Source: an uncultured Janthinobacterium sp.
GTDB lineage: Bacteria; Vulcanimicrobiota; Vulcanimicrobiia; Vulcanimicrobiales; Vulcanimicrobiaceae
NCBI GenBank assembly: GCA_964658025.1
Contig: CAZZXB010000001.1
Location: forward strand, 13,320-57,844
Direction: 5' to 3'
DNA length: 44,525 nt
Shown here: piece after piece, positions 28,926-38,896 of the stretch
How positions within the stretch are numbered: position 1 is the first letter of the stretch
Layout of the letters: each line of letters begins with the position of its first letter
The notes under the pieces: model-generated
What the model saw: the letters and a program-made list of their open reading frames with translations, nothing else
Told to the model about the DNA's origin: nothing
The model's database searches: none
Made by a program: the position numbers and the translations under genes

Positions 28926-29724
28926 CGGATGCGCCCTCGGGTCGATCCGCGCGACTCGCCGGCTTCTTGCGACGCGTGCGTTCGAGCTTGCGCAACCGGC
29001 GTCGCAACTCGCTCACCTCGGCGCCGACGTCGTCGAGCGCGCGGCGCGTGGCGAAATGCCCGAACTGCGCGAACGTTTCGACGAGCGCCATCTCCGAGCG
29101 ACGCTGATCGGCGAGCGCGCTCGAAAGGCGTCCCTGGACCTCGAGATATGCTTCGGTATTGAAGCTTTCGACGAACACGCGGTCGGCGACGGAATTCGAA
29201 AGGGCGAGCCACTGCGCCGGCGTCACCGGCGGCTTTCCCGCGGACGTCTGCGCCATCGCCTCGCGCATCACTTCGCCGAACGCGCGCTGCCACGTCGCCA
29301 CCATGAACGCGCGATACGCCTCGCGCGCGGCGAACAACCGCGTGGTCACGGCGGCCGCCTCGGCGAGCGCGGCGGGCGTCTGCGCGGCCGAACCGCCCGC
29401 GTCGCCGAGCACGCCGAAACTCTCCTCGAGCGCCTTGCCGAGCGGATCGCCCGCATTCGCGAGATTGCCCACGGCCGTCATCGTGCCGAACGAGCGTTGC
29501 GCGAGCTCGCTCCAGGTTCCGGCGACGCCCGCGGCGGCTTGCGCCCAACGATCGAACCCTGCGACCGACACCGGGGCGAAGTTCCCAAGGAAGTTTCTTC
29601 CCTCCTCGGACGACGCGTCGGGCGACTCGGCGCCCTCGTTCGGAGCGACCGGCGGGACGATCGGGGCCATCGCGCTCAGCCACGCGTCGAGGAACACGTT
29701 TCCGGTTTTCGCGCCGCCGTTCAT
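28915..29724 (-). CDS. phaE: class III PHA synthase subunit PhaE
   Basis: Directly upstream of phaC; C-terminal ATRRALDDVGAEVSELRRRLRKLE matches the PhaE PTRxExD...ELRR box; W...AD..F...F..EAY segment. Confidence 0.8.
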   Translation of the reverse strand: MNGGAKTGNVFLDAWLSAMAPIVPPVAPNEGAESPDASSEEGRNFLGNFAPVSVAGFDRWAQAAAGVAGTWSELAQRSFGTMTAVGNLANAGDPLGKALEESFGVLGDAGGSAAQTPAALAEAAAVTTRLFAAREAYRAFMVATWQRAFGEVMREAMAQTSAGKPPVTPAQWLALSNSVADRVFVESFNTEAYLEVQGRLSSALADQRRSEMALVETFAQFGHFATRRALDDVGAEVSELRRRLRKLERTRRKKPASRADRPEGASDGR

Positions 29725-30689
29725 CGCCGCACCTTCGACGCGTCGATCCCGGCGAGGATGCGAAACGGCGCGAGAACGCAGGCGAAGAACGCCGAACTCG
29801 TATCGGCGAACGCGACCGAGAGATCGTGCAGTTGGTGCGCGCCTTCGACCGCATACATGGGGACGCTAGGATTCCCCGCGGCGCGCAGCGCCACGTAGCC
29901 GAACAGGTCGGCCTGCGTCGCGGCCGCGGCGTTTCCCGAGACGCTGAACGCTTCGCCGAACGCGACCGTGCAACGGAACCACGAGTCGAGCCGCTTGGCG
30001 ACGGGGACGGGCTTCAGCTGCGTCGCGACTTCGGCGAGGAGGGTGCGCGGAACGTCGCGCCACGCGGCGACCGACGCCTTCACGCGCGCGATCGCCGCCG
30101 GCGTCGCCGCGGGCTCGCACGATGCGGCGGCCGCGGAGGGCGCGAGCCGATGAAACGTGGGGTTGCTTTCCGAGAGCGCTTCGCGCGTAATAGCCTCCAG
30201 ATGCGCGAGCGTCGCGCGATTCGTCGGGGTACCGGCGTCCGCCGCACCGCTACGGATGTGGGCCGCGAGACGTTCGTTGAGCATCGTGAGGCCGCAGCGC
30301 ACGGCATCGGGGCTCCCGAGCGCGGGGACCGGCGCGCCGAGCAACTCCGCGAGGCGCTTCGCCTCACGGATCTCGCCGTCGTTCCCCTTCGCGAGCTGGT
30401 TCGCGCCGATCGCGATCGCCTTCGAGACGAGTCGCGCGTCGTAACGCCGTTCGGCCGGCAACGCGCGCAGGATCGCATCGCGCATCGTGACGCGCGCCGT
30501 TTCGAGCGCGGCGAGTTCGGCCTGCGTCGCCACGTCGTCGCACGCGAGCTTCGCCTCGCCGACGGCCATCGCGCGTTCGATCGCCGCGACGGTCTCGAGG
30601 CGCTCGAGCGGTAGCGCGGGGACGATGCGTTCGGCGAGCGTGGCGCGCGCGACGCGTAAGAGTTCGGCGCCTCCCGGACGGATCCGCAT
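29721..30689 (-). CDS. LvaB/DUF6285-like kinase partner with internal duplication and C-terminal extension
   Basis: P..AELL..AR.TL...I.PALP motif present twice, then LAAHIRSGA.D and IT...L.ESNP; coupled to the kinase gene by TGATG. Confidence 0.65.
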   Translation of the reverse strand: MRIRPGGAELLRVARATLAERIVPALPLERLETVAAIERAMAVGEAKLACDDVATQAELAALETARVTMRDAILRALPAERRYDARLVSKAIAIGANQLAKGNDGEIREAKRLAELLGAPVPALGSPDAVRCGLTMLNERLAAHIRSGAADAGTPTNRATLAHLEAITREALSESNPTFHRLAPSAAAASCEPAATPAAIARVKASVAAWRDVPRTLLAEVATQLKPVPVAKRLDSWFRCTVAFGEAFSVSGNAAAATQADLFGYVALRAAGNPSVPMYAVEGAHQLHDLSVAFADTSSAFFACVLAPFRILAGIDASKVRR

Positions 30690-31705
30690 CAGCGCCATCC
30701 TCCGAGCAAGGCGATGATCTCGAATTCGAGTTCCGGGACGAGGTGGCTCGTGAGCGCGAGTTCGAGCGAAGACTCCGCGCCGGAGAGATGACGGTCGGCC
30801 TGCAGCAGCGCGATCACGGCCCAACGCACGTGCGCCGCGACCTCCCAATAATGCACGGCCTCCGGATCGATGCGCGTCCCCGACTCCGCCTCGTAGCCGC
30901 GGTAGAAATCGGCGCGCGTCGCGACGCCGCCCGCTTCGAGGTCGTCGTTGCCGAAACGCCAGCACGACGCGCAGAACCAACCGAGATCTTCCGCCCCGTC
31001 GCCCCAGCCCGCGAACTCCCAGTCCAGAATCGCCGTGAGTCCGTGCTCGTCGAGCATGTAGTTGCCCGTCCGAAAATCGCGATGGCACAGCACGAGCTGC
31101 GACGGCGCCGGCGCGTTGCGTTCGAGCCAACGCAGACCCCATTCGAGCACGGGCCGTGCGAGGCCGAGTTCGTCGAGCGTCGCGCGATTCGAGGCGACGG
31201 CGTCGAGCGCCGCGGAGCGCTGGGGAAAGGCGAGAAAATCGAGTTCGGGCTGCGGCGGACGGATCGAGTGGATCCGCGCGAGCTGCGTGCCGAGCGTCTC
31301 CCCGAGAAGCGCGCGATCGCCGCCGAGGTCGCGTTCGCGAACGATGCGCGACGCGAGGGCCGTGCCGCCGGCGCGATCGGCCATGAAGAACGGCGCGCCG
31401 AGCAGCGTCGGGTTCTCGCAGAGCGCCCGCGGCGTCGCGACCGTCACGCCGGCGCGTTCGGCGGCGCGAAGCACCGCGAACTCCTGCGCGCGGGTGTGGC
31501 TCATCAACAGCGACGACGGCGCATCGGTGCGCAAGACGTACGCGAAGGGAGCCGCCGCGCGCGTGCCCTCGATCAGCCAATTCTGCTGGATCGCGCCGCC
31601 GCTCAAGAGCTCGTAACGGGCGATCTTCGTGTCGTCACCCATCCACGCTTCGAGCGCCGCGATGTTCTGCGGCGTCAGCGAGACGCGTTCGCGCGATTCG
31701 ATCAT
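30689..31705 (-). CDS. APH-family phosphotransferase, LvaA-like (4-hydroxyacyl-CoA kinase)
   Basis: LSGGAIQQNW, VLRTD, QEFAVL, HRDFRTGN, LDWEF and RHLSGAESSLELALT. Confidence 0.85.
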   Translation of the reverse strand: MIESRERVSLTPQNIAALEAWMGDDTKIARYELLSGGAIQQNWLIEGTRAAAPFAYVLRTDAPSSLLMSHTRAQEFAVLRAAERAGVTVATPRALCENPTLLGAPFFMADRAGGTALASRIVRERDLGGDRALLGETLGTQLARIHSIRPPQPELDFLAFPQRSAALDAVASNRATLDELGLARPVLEWGLRWLERNAPAPSQLVLCHRDFRTGNYMLDEHGLTAILDWEFAGWGDGAEDLGWFCASCWRFGNDDLEAGGVATRADFYRGYEAESGTRIDPEAVHYWEVAAHVRWAVIALLQADRHLSGAESSLELALTSHLVPELEFEIIALLGGWR

Positions 31706-32451
31706 AACGAACTCACCAAATGCCCGCCGTCGACCGCGACGACGGCACCGGTCATGAACGGCGACGCGTCGGACGCGAGCAGCAGGAGCGGCGCGTCGAG
31801 ATCCGCGGCGTCGCCGAGGCGTCGCTGGGGAACGCGTTTGATCATCGCCTGACCCGGGAGCGATTCGAAGTACTCCGCATTGAGATCGGTACGGATATAT
31901 CCCGGAGCGAGCGCGTTCACGCGGATCCCGTACCGCGCGAGTTCCAACGCCGCGGCCTTCGTGAGGTGGGTGACCGCCGCTTTCGAAGCGGCGTAGGCGG
32001 AGACGTTGCCCGCGACGCGCTCACCCAAGATCGAGGTGACGTTCACGACGCACCCGCCGGATTTCGCATCGACCATCCGCCGCGCGGCCTCGCGCATGAC
32101 GAGCCAGACGCCCTTGAGATTCGTATCGACGATGCCGTCCCATTCGGCCTCGGTCATCTCGAGCATCGGCTTCGTAACGGTCGTGCCGGCGTTATTGATC
32201 ACGACGTCGACCGGGCCGACGTGGCGATCGATCTCCGCAAAGGCCTCCTCGACGCTCCGGCCGGCGCTGACGTCGAGCGCGACCGCTGAGGCCGTACCCC
32301 CGTCCGCCGCGATCTCGTCGACGGCGCGTTCGAGCCGTTCGCGACGGCGCGCGCCGAGCACGACGCGCGCACCCGCCCGAGCCAACACGCCGGCGAAGTG
32401 GCGACCGAGACCGTCGGAGGCCCCGGTTACGAGCGCCACCTTACCCGACAT
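31702..32451 (-). CDS. SDR oxidoreductase (LvaD/FabG-like ketoacyl-CoA reductase)
   Basis: TGASDGLG, NNAG, YAASK and DGG motifs; ATGA overlap with the kinase gene. Confidence 0.88.
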   Translation of the reverse strand: MSGKVALVTGASDGLGRHFAGVLARAGARVVLGARRRERLERAVDEIAADGGTASAVALDVSAGRSVEEAFAEIDRHVGPVDVVINNAGTTVTKPMLEMTEAEWDGIVDTNLKGVWLVMREAARRMVDAKSGGCVVNVTSILGERVAGNVSAYAASKAAVTHLTKAAALELARYGIRVNALAPGYIRTDLNAEYFESLPGQAMIKRVPQRRLGDAADLDAPLLLLASDASPFMTGAVVAVDGGHLVSSL

Positions 32452-32549
32452 ATCGAAGACCGCGGACGTGGACAGTGAAAAGTTCCTCCAGAATCACCGC
32501 GCAGGCATGAAGCCGAGCGAAAACCGGGCGGCCGGTAGGCGATGCCGCG

Positions 32550-32579
32550 ATTGTATTCGCTTGGCTTGTCCGAAGTCAA
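32550..32579 (-). promoter_or_regulatory. sigma70-type promoter for the SDR-kinase-pha operon
   Basis: Minus strand TTGACT-N18-TACAAT. Confidence 0.7.
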
Positions 32580-32589
32580 TCCCTGCGAC

Positions 32590-34209
32590 TTAGGTCACAG
32601 ATTTCGATGAGGGCTCGGACAGCGAGCGCGCCCGGTCGCGTAGGACGAATTTCTGGATCTTCCCCGTCCCCGTTTTCGGGAGCTCGCCGAACACGTAGCG
32701 CTTTGGGGCCTTGAAACGCGCGATATTCGTACGACCGTAGGCGACGAAAGCGGCTTCGTCGGCTTCGGCTCCGGCGCGCAGGGTGACGAAGGCGACCGGG
32801 ATCTCGCCCCACGTCGGGTCGGGTGCGGCGACGACGGCCGCTTCCAACACGTCGGGATGGCGCTCGAGCATCTGCTCGACCTCGACCGACGCGATGTTTT
32901 CTCCACCCGAGATGATCACGTCCTTCGAGCGGTCGGTCAACCTGATGTAACGATCGGGTTCCATCACGCCGATGTCGCCCGTGCGCAACCATCCGTCGGG
33001 GACCGCGGCTGCGGTCGCGTCCGCGTCGCGATAGTATCCGAGCATGACGTTGTTGCCGCGAAGCGCGATCTCGCCCACGGTCGTCCCGTCGGCGGGGACG
33101 TCGCGACCGCCGGCGTCGAGGACGCGAACCTCCTGACCCACGACGTTCCCGACGCCCTGACGCGCCTTGATCTCGGCCTGCTCGGGGATCGCGAGTCCGT
33201 TCCACGCTTCGCGCCATTCGCAGATGACGGCCGGACCGTAACTCTCGGTCATCCCGTAGAGGTGGTGGATGTCGAAGTTCAACTCGGCGGTCCGCTGGAG
33301 GAGCGCGGGGCTCGGCGGCGCGCCGCCGGTGAACACGCGTACCGCGCGCGCCGGCGGTCCCAGACGCGACGCCGCGTCGTTCGCCACCATCACGAGCAAC
33401 GTCGGCGCCGCGCAGAAATGCGAGATCTGCGACTCGCGCAGATGCCGCCAGATGCTCGCCGCGTCGATCCGGCGCATGCAGCGGTGCGTTCCGCCCGCCG
33501 CGGTGACCGCCCAGACGAAGGACCACCCGCAGCAGTGGAACATCGGCAGCGTCCACAGATAGACCGACGATTCGTCGAGTCGCGCGTGATAGGCCATCGC
33601 GAGCGACTGCAGGTACGACCCGCGATGGCTGTACATCACGCCCTTCGGCTTCCCCGTCGTGCCGCTCGTGTAGTTGAGCGCGATCATCGACATCTCGTCG
33701 GGCACCGCGCTCTCGCCGGGGGGCGCCTCGCCGAGTAAGCGCTCGAACTCGTCGTCCGGCGCACCGCAACGCACGCCTCGGACGCCGCTTCGACGATCGA
33801 GTATCTCGCGGGCGAGCGCTTCGAACTCGCCGTCGTAGAGGAGGATCGTCGCTCCCGCGTGCTCGAGGATGCCGGCGAGTTCGGGGGCGGAGAGCCGGAT
33901 GTTGAGCGCGACGATCGGCGCTCCGACGCGCGGCAGCGCGTAGTGGAGCGCGAGCATGACGTGCGTGTTCGGCGACAACACGGCGACCCGATCCCCGGAC
34001 CGCACGCCGAGCGCGCGCAACATGCCGACCATCCGATCGACGCGCTCGTCGAGTTGCGCGTACGTGAACGAGACGTCGTCGTCGACGACGGCGACGCGAT
34101 CGCCGAACACGCGCGCCGAGCGGCGTAACCACGCGGCCGGTTCGAGCGGCACGTAACCCGGCCGATCGAACCCCGCCGAAATCTCTCGAGCACTCGTGAC
34201 GACGTTCAC
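32590..34209 (-). CDS. short/medium-chain acyl-CoA synthetase (LvaE/DmdB-like)
   Basis: LNYTSGTTGKPKGVMYSHRG, WTLPMFHC, LYGMTESYGP, KARQG and LPKTGTGKIQK. Confidence 0.9.
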   Translation of the reverse strand: MNVVTSAREISAGFDRPGYVPLEPAAWLRRSARVFGDRVAVVDDDVSFTYAQLDERVDRMVGMLRALGVRSGDRVAVLSPNTHVMLALHYALPRVGAPIVALNIRLSAPELAGILEHAGATILLYDGEFEALAREILDRRSGVRGVRCGAPDDEFERLLGEAPPGESAVPDEMSMIALNYTSGTTGKPKGVMYSHRGSYLQSLAMAYHARLDESSVYLWTLPMFHCCGWSFVWAVTAAGGTHRCMRRIDAASIWRHLRESQISHFCAAPTLLVMVANDAASRLGPPARAVRVFTGGAPPSPALLQRTAELNFDIHHLYGMTESYGPAVICEWREAWNGLAIPEQAEIKARQGVGNVVGQEVRVLDAGGRDVPADGTTVGEIALRGNNVMLGYYRDADATAAAVPDGWLRTGDIGVMEPDRYIRLTDRSKDVIISGGENIASVEVEQMLERHPDVLEAAVVAAPDPTWGEIPVAFVTLRAGAEADEAAFVAYGRTNIARFKAPKRYVFGELPKTGTGKIQKFVLRDRARSLSEPSSKSVT

Positions 34210-34248
34210 CGCAGTAAGTCTCCCCGCCGGAGCGTTAGCGGCGGCGTA

Positions 34249-34884
34249 TTACGCCGTGCCCGCGCGCGACTCCGCTACCATCGGCAGACCTTCGGCCGAC
34301 TTTCCCGCGCCCGCGAGGTAGACCGTCGTCAGGTAATCGGCGAGCCGGTCGGGCGAGAGTTCGTCGTCGGATTGAAACCAGAAGATCGACCAATTCATGA
34401 GGTTGAGGAGGCTCAGCGAGAGATACTTCACCGGGATGTCGGCGCGGAGGACGCCCGCAGCGCACGCCTCGCCGAGCACGCTCACGACGAGTTGCTCGTA
34501 CTCGTCGCGTAACGCGACGATCCGCTTGCGACGGATCGGCGAGAGCGCGCGCAATTCGGTGAGCATCACCGAATGTTTGTCCTGATCCGCGATCATCGAC
34601 GTGATGTGCGCGTGGACGAGGTTGCGCACGCGCTCGAGCTGATCGTCGCGTCCCTCCATCGCGGTCCGCACGTCGCGGATGATGCGTTCGAGCGAATTGA
34701 GCGAAATTTGGAAGAGCAGATCTTCTTTGTTATTGATATGGTGGTAGAGCGAGGCCTTACGCACGCCCAAGAGCTCGGCGATCTCGCGGGTCGTCGTCGA
34801 TGCGTAGCCCTTCGTCCAAAACAACTTGGCCGCGGTGTCGAGCAGCCGCTCCGACGTGGACGTGCGCGGCGGTTCTGAATCCAT
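34249..34884 (-). CDS. TetR-family regulator (KstR2/PaaR-like, probably acyl-CoA responsive)
   Basis: AAKLFWTKGYASTTTREIA...ASLYHHINNKEDLL HTH and C-terminal MNWSIFWF. Confidence 0.88.
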   Translation of the reverse strand: MDSEPPRTSTSERLLDTAAKLFWTKGYASTTTREIAELLGVRKASLYHHINNKEDLLFQISLNSLERIIRDVRTAMEGRDDQLERVRNLVHAHITSMIADQDKHSVMLTELRALSPIRRKRIVALRDEYEQLVVSVLGEACAAGVLRADIPVKYLSLSLLNLMNWSIFWFQSDDELSPDRLADYLTTVYLAGAGKSAEGLPMVAESRAGTA

Positions 34885-35143
34885 TCGCTTGGTTTCTTTC
34901 GCTAACCGTGGAGGACAACCGTCGGTCGGACGGATACGAACACGTCGTTTTTTCTCGCGCTCCGTTTCGAGGCCTTGCGTTCGCGACGTCCGCCGCCGCC
35001 GGAGATGCGTTTCCGTCGCACCGCGCGGAACCCGACGCGCGGATCGTACGCCTTTTGGGTTAACGATTCGTGTGCGTCGTACGGGTCGGGGGTCGGACGC
35101 GCCCCGCACGATGCGCTCCACGCCGCGTCGCGCGCGCGAGCGC

Positions 35144-36697
35144 TCAACCGCGCGTCGCGAGCGTCGGGACGAGCGCCGACGCGGCTTCCGAGAACGCGCC
35201 GGCCGCCACGAGCGCCGTCACGCGTTCGATCTCCGGGGCCAGGTACGCGTCGCCGCGCGTTTCGTCGGCGCCGAGCGTCGCGAGGCGCGCTTCGAGCGCG
35301 GGCGACGTGCGGAGCGGTCGTCGGAAGCCGATACCGCGTGCTGCGGCGAGCAGCTCGATCGCGACGATCGATGCCGCGTTGCGCGCCATGTCGAGCAGCC
35401 GTCGCGCGCCGTGCGTCGCCATCGACACGTGATCTTCCTGACCGGCCGACGTCGGGATCGTGTCGACGCTCGCCGGATGCGCGAGGATCTTGTTCTCGCT
35501 CGCGAGCGCGGCCGCCGTTACTTGCGCGATCATGTAGCCCGACTCCAGACCGGGCTCGTGCGCGAGAAAGGCAGGGAGTAAACTAAAGGACGGATCGACG
35601 AGCAACGCCGTACGACGTTCCGAGATGTTCCCGATCTCCGCGACCGCGACCGCGAGCGCGTCCGCGGCGAACGCTACGGGTTCCGCGTGAAAGTTTCCGC
35701 CGGAGAGCACCTCGCCCGTGTCGGCGAACACGAGCGGATTATCGGAGACGGCGTTCGCTTCGGTCGCGAGCGTCTCGCACGCGACGCGCAGCGTCCCCAG
35801 ACACGCGCCGAAGACTTGCGGCATGCATCGGATGCTGTACGGATCTTGGACGCGCCCGCAATTGTGGTGCGACGCGTTGATCTCCGAGCCCGGGAAGAAG
35901 GCGAGCAGCGCCGCGGCGACGTCGCGCTGCGCGGCGTGCCCGCGGACCGCGTGGATGCGCGGGTCGAAGGGCGCGAAACTCCCGAGCGCGGCCTCGGTCG
36001 TGAGCGCGCCCGCGACGAGCGACGCGCCGAGGAGATCTTCGGTCGCGACGAGCCCGGCGATCGCGAGCGCCGTCGAGATCTGCGTCCCGTTGAGGAGCGC
36101 GAGCCCTTCCTTCGCCTCGAGTTCGAGCGGCGCGACGCCGATGCGTTCGAGCGCGGTCGCGGCCGGCATCCGGACGCCGCCGAGAAACGCGTCGCCGACG
36201 CCGAGCATCGCGCAGGCGAGATGCGCGAGCGGGGCGAGATCGCCCGAGGCGCCGACCGAACCCTGGCCCGGCACGACCGGAACGAGATCGCGTTCGAGAA
36301 ACGCGACGAGCGTTTCGATCACGCGCCAACGCACGCCGGAATAGCCGCGCGCGAGCGAGTTGATCTTGAGCGCGATCGCGAGCCGCACGACGTCGCGCGC
36401 GAGCGGCGCGCCGACGCCGCAGGCGTGCGATACGACGAGATTGCGTTGCAGATCCGAGAGCCGATCGCGCGGGATCGACGTCTGCGCGAGCTTGCCGAAG
36501 CCCGTGTTCACGCCGTAGACGCTCTCGTCGCCGGCCGCGATCCTCGCGACGACCTCCGCCGCGCGCTCCACGCCCGGACGCGCCGCGGCATCGAGCGCGA
36601 GCGGCGCATCGGAGCGCAACAGGGCGCGCAGGTCGCGCGGGCGCAGGTCGCCCGCCGCGAACGCGACGGGCGACGGGCCGTCCGAGCGCGCGCTCAC
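35144..36697 (-). CDS. hutH: histidine ammonia-lyase
   Basis: [20 protein letters not shown] (MIO Ala-Ser-Gly), [18 protein letters not shown] and QEDHVSM; GTGA overlap with hutU. Confidence 0.95.
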   Translation of the reverse strand: MSARSDGPSPVAFAAGDLRPRDLRALLRSDAPLALDAAARPGVERAAEVVARIAAGDESVYGVNTGFGKLAQTSIPRDRLSDLQRNLVVSHACGVGAPLARDVVRLAIALKINSLARGYSGVRWRVIETLVAFLERDLVPVVPGQGSVGASGDLAPLAHLACAMLGVGDAFLGGVRMPAATALERIGVAPLELEAKEGLALLNGTQISTALAIAGLVATEDLLGASLVAGALTTEAALGSFAPFDPRIHAVRGHAAQRDVAAALLAFFPGSEINASHHNCGRVQDPYSIRCMPQVFGACLGTLRVACETLATEANAVSDNPLVFADTGEVLSGGNFHAEPVAFAADALAVAVAEIGNISERRTALLVDPSFSLLPAFLAHEPGLESGYMIAQVTAAALASENKILAHPASVDTIPTSAGQEDHVSMATHGARRLLDMARNAASIVAIELLAAARGIGFRRPLRTSPALEARLATLGADETRGDAYLAPEIERVTALVAAGAFSEAASALVPTLATRG

Positions 36698-38361
36698 GCC
36701 TCGAACATCGGCAGGCGCAGACCCCGCTCGCGCGCGCACGCGACCGAATCCTCGTAGCCCGCATCGGCGTGTCGCGCGACGCCCGTCGCCGGATCGTTCC
36801 ACAGCACGCGCGCGATCCGACGCGCGGCCTCGGGCGTGCCGTCGGCGACGATCACGACGCCCGCGTGCTGCGAGAATCCCATGCCCACGCCGCCGCCGTG
36901 ATGGATCGAAACCCACGTGGCCCCGCCCGCGACGCCGAGCATCGCGTTGAGGAGCGGCCAATCGCTCACGGCATCGGAGCCGTCGCGCATCGCCTCGGTC
37001 TCGCGATTGGGGCTCGCGACCGACCCGCTGTCGAGATGGTCGCGACCGATCACGATCGGCGCCGAGATCTCTCCGCGCGCGACGAGCTCGTTGAACGCGA
37101 GCCCGATCCGATCGCGGTCGCCGAGACCGACCCAACAGATCCGCGCGGGCAGGCCCTGAAAGGCGATGCGCTCGCGCGCCATATCGAGCCAGCGATGGAG
37201 GTGCGCGTCGTTCGGGAGCAGTTCTCGCACCTTCGCGTCGGCCGTGGCGATATCGGCCGGATCGCCCGAGAGCGCGACGTAGCGGAACGGTCCGATGCCG
37301 CGACAGAAGAGCGGTCGGATGTACGCGGGCACGAATCCCGGAAACGCGAAGGCGTCCGCGAGCCCGGCGTCCTTGGCGCCCTGACGGAGATTGTTGCCGT
37401 AGTCGAACGTCGGAACGCCGAGCCGGTGAAATGCGAGCATCGCCTCGACGTGCGCGCGCATCGAGCGCTTCGCCTCGCGCGCGGTGCCCGTCGGATCGTC
37501 CGCGCGTTCGCGCTTCCATCGTTCGAGCGTCCATCCGAGCGGGAGATATCCGTTGACCGGATCGTGCGCGGAGGTTTGATCGGTCACGGCATCGGGGCGC
37601 ACGCCGCGGCGAACGAGCTCGGGATAGATCTCCGCCGCATTGCCGACGAGCGCGATCGATTCCGCGCGACCGGCACGCGTCGCGTCACCGAGCATCGCGA
37701 GCGCCTCGTCGAGCGAGTCCGCGACGCGGTCGAGGTAGCGCGTGCGCAGGCGCTTCTCGATCCGCTCGGGGTCGCACTCGATCGCGAGCATCGACGCCCC
37801 GGCCATCGTGGCGGCGAGCGGCTGCGCGCCGCCCATTCCGCCGAGTCCGGCGGTGAGGATCCATCGACCCGCGAGCGAGCCGCCGTAATGTTGCCGACCG
37901 AGCTCGACGAAGGTCTCGTACGTCCCTTGGACGATCCCCTGACTCCCGATATAGATCCACGATCCGGCCGTCATCTGGCCGTACATCATCAGCCCGCGCC
38001 GATCGAGTTCGTGAAAGTGTTCCCACGTCGCCCAGTGCGGCACGAGATTGGAGTTCGCGATCACGACGCGCGGCGCGTCGGGATGAGACCGGAAGACGCC
38101 GACGGGTTTTCCCGATTGGATCGCGAGCGTCTCGTCGTCGCCCAGCCGTTCGAGTTCCGCGACGATGCGCTCGTAAGACGGCCGATCGCGGGCGGCCTTG
38201 CCGATCCCGCCGTACACGACGAGATCCTCGGGGCGTTCCGCGACGTCGGGATCGAGATTGTTCATCAGCATCCGGAGTGCGGCTTCGGTCTGCCAGCTAC
38301 GCGCGCGTCGCCGCGTCCCGCGATCCGCGCGAATCGCCCGTCCGACCGTCCCGTCGATCAT
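36694..38361 (-). CDS. hutU: urocanate hydratase
   Basis: [37 protein letters not shown] and [10 protein letters not shown]. Confidence 0.97.
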   Translation of the reverse strand: MIDGTVGRAIRADRGTRRRARSWQTEAALRMLMNNLDPDVAERPEDLVVYGGIGKAARDRPSYERIVAELERLGDDETLAIQSGKPVGVFRSHPDAPRVVIANSNLVPHWATWEHFHELDRRGLMMYGQMTAGSWIYIGSQGIVQGTYETFVELGRQHYGGSLAGRWILTAGLGGMGGAQPLAATMAGASMLAIECDPERIEKRLRTRYLDRVADSLDEALAMLGDATRAGRAESIALVGNAAEIYPELVRRGVRPDAVTDQTSAHDPVNGYLPLGWTLERWKRERADDPTGTAREAKRSMRAHVEAMLAFHRLGVPTFDYGNNLRQGAKDAGLADAFAFPGFVPAYIRPLFCRGIGPFRYVALSGDPADIATADAKVRELLPNDAHLHRWLDMARERIAFQGLPARICWVGLGDRDRIGLAFNELVARGEISAPIVIGRDHLDSGSVASPNRETEAMRDGSDAVSDWPLLNAMLGVAGGATWVSIHHGGGVGMGFSQHAGVVIVADGTPEAARRIARVLWNDPATGVARHADAGYEDSVACARERGLRLPMFEA

Positions 38362-38432
38362 CGAAAATCCCCCGTTCGAGCGAGGTTCCGGCGCCGGAGC
38401 ATGGGCGCCTCCGCGCGAAACGAGGGCGTAGG

Positions 38433-38768
38433 ATGGGGAACGACGATAGCGACCTGAAAGCCGAACATCCGCCCACGCGGATCGACACGCTCGTCTCCGA
38501 AGGCAAGGTCACGGTCGCCGTTACCGGCGACATCGACTCGTTTTCCGATTCGAGCTTCGATTCCGCACTCGACGCCGCGGCGGATCAGGATCTCCCCATG
38601 GTCGTCGATCTCTCCGGTTGCACGTACATCGATAGCGCCGGACTCTCCGCGCTCGTCCGACTCGCGAAAAAAACCCGGCAAGCACGCACGGTCGTGGTCC
38701 CCGCCGAGAGCCCGATCTATCGGATCTTCCAGATCACGGGGCTGCTGGAGGCGCTCAGCATCGTCTGA
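38433..38768 (+). CDS. STAS-domain anti-sigma factor antagonist
   Basis: GDID...[19 protein letters not shown]...RIFQITGL. Confidence 0.88.
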   Translation: MGNDDSDLKAEHPPTRIDTLVSEGKVTVAVTGDIDSFSDSSFDSALDAAADQDLPMVVDLSGCTYIDSAGLSALVRLAKKTRQARTVVVPAESPIYRIFQITGLLEALSIV

Positions 38769-38861
38769 TCCGGGGTTTCTAACCGCGGTCGCGCTCCGGC
38801 GCTCGGGGGAGCGAATTAATCCGGCACGCGAGCATATGCGTCGAATCACGCATGCCGTCGT

Positions 38862-38890
38862 ATTGACAAACGTGTCCAATCGGGTACGAT
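38862..38890 (+). promoter_or_regulatory. promoter (probably leaderless) with overlapping inverted repeat
   Basis: TTGACA(38863)-N16-TACGAT(38885) ends 6 nt before ATG 38897; imperfect palindrome ATTGACA-aacg-TGTCCAAT. Confidence 0.65.
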
Positions 38891-38896
38891 GCGCGC

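Noticed and set aside
31702..32451. Calling the SDR phaB
   Set aside because: It lacks the typical PhaB features (TGGxGGIG, GQxNY) and is coupled to the LvaA-like kinase, so LvaD-like is more parsimonious.
16928..35143. Calling the block a mobile element
   Set aside because: No integrase, transposase, tRNA target or perfect att repeat, so it is reported only as a possible old insertion.
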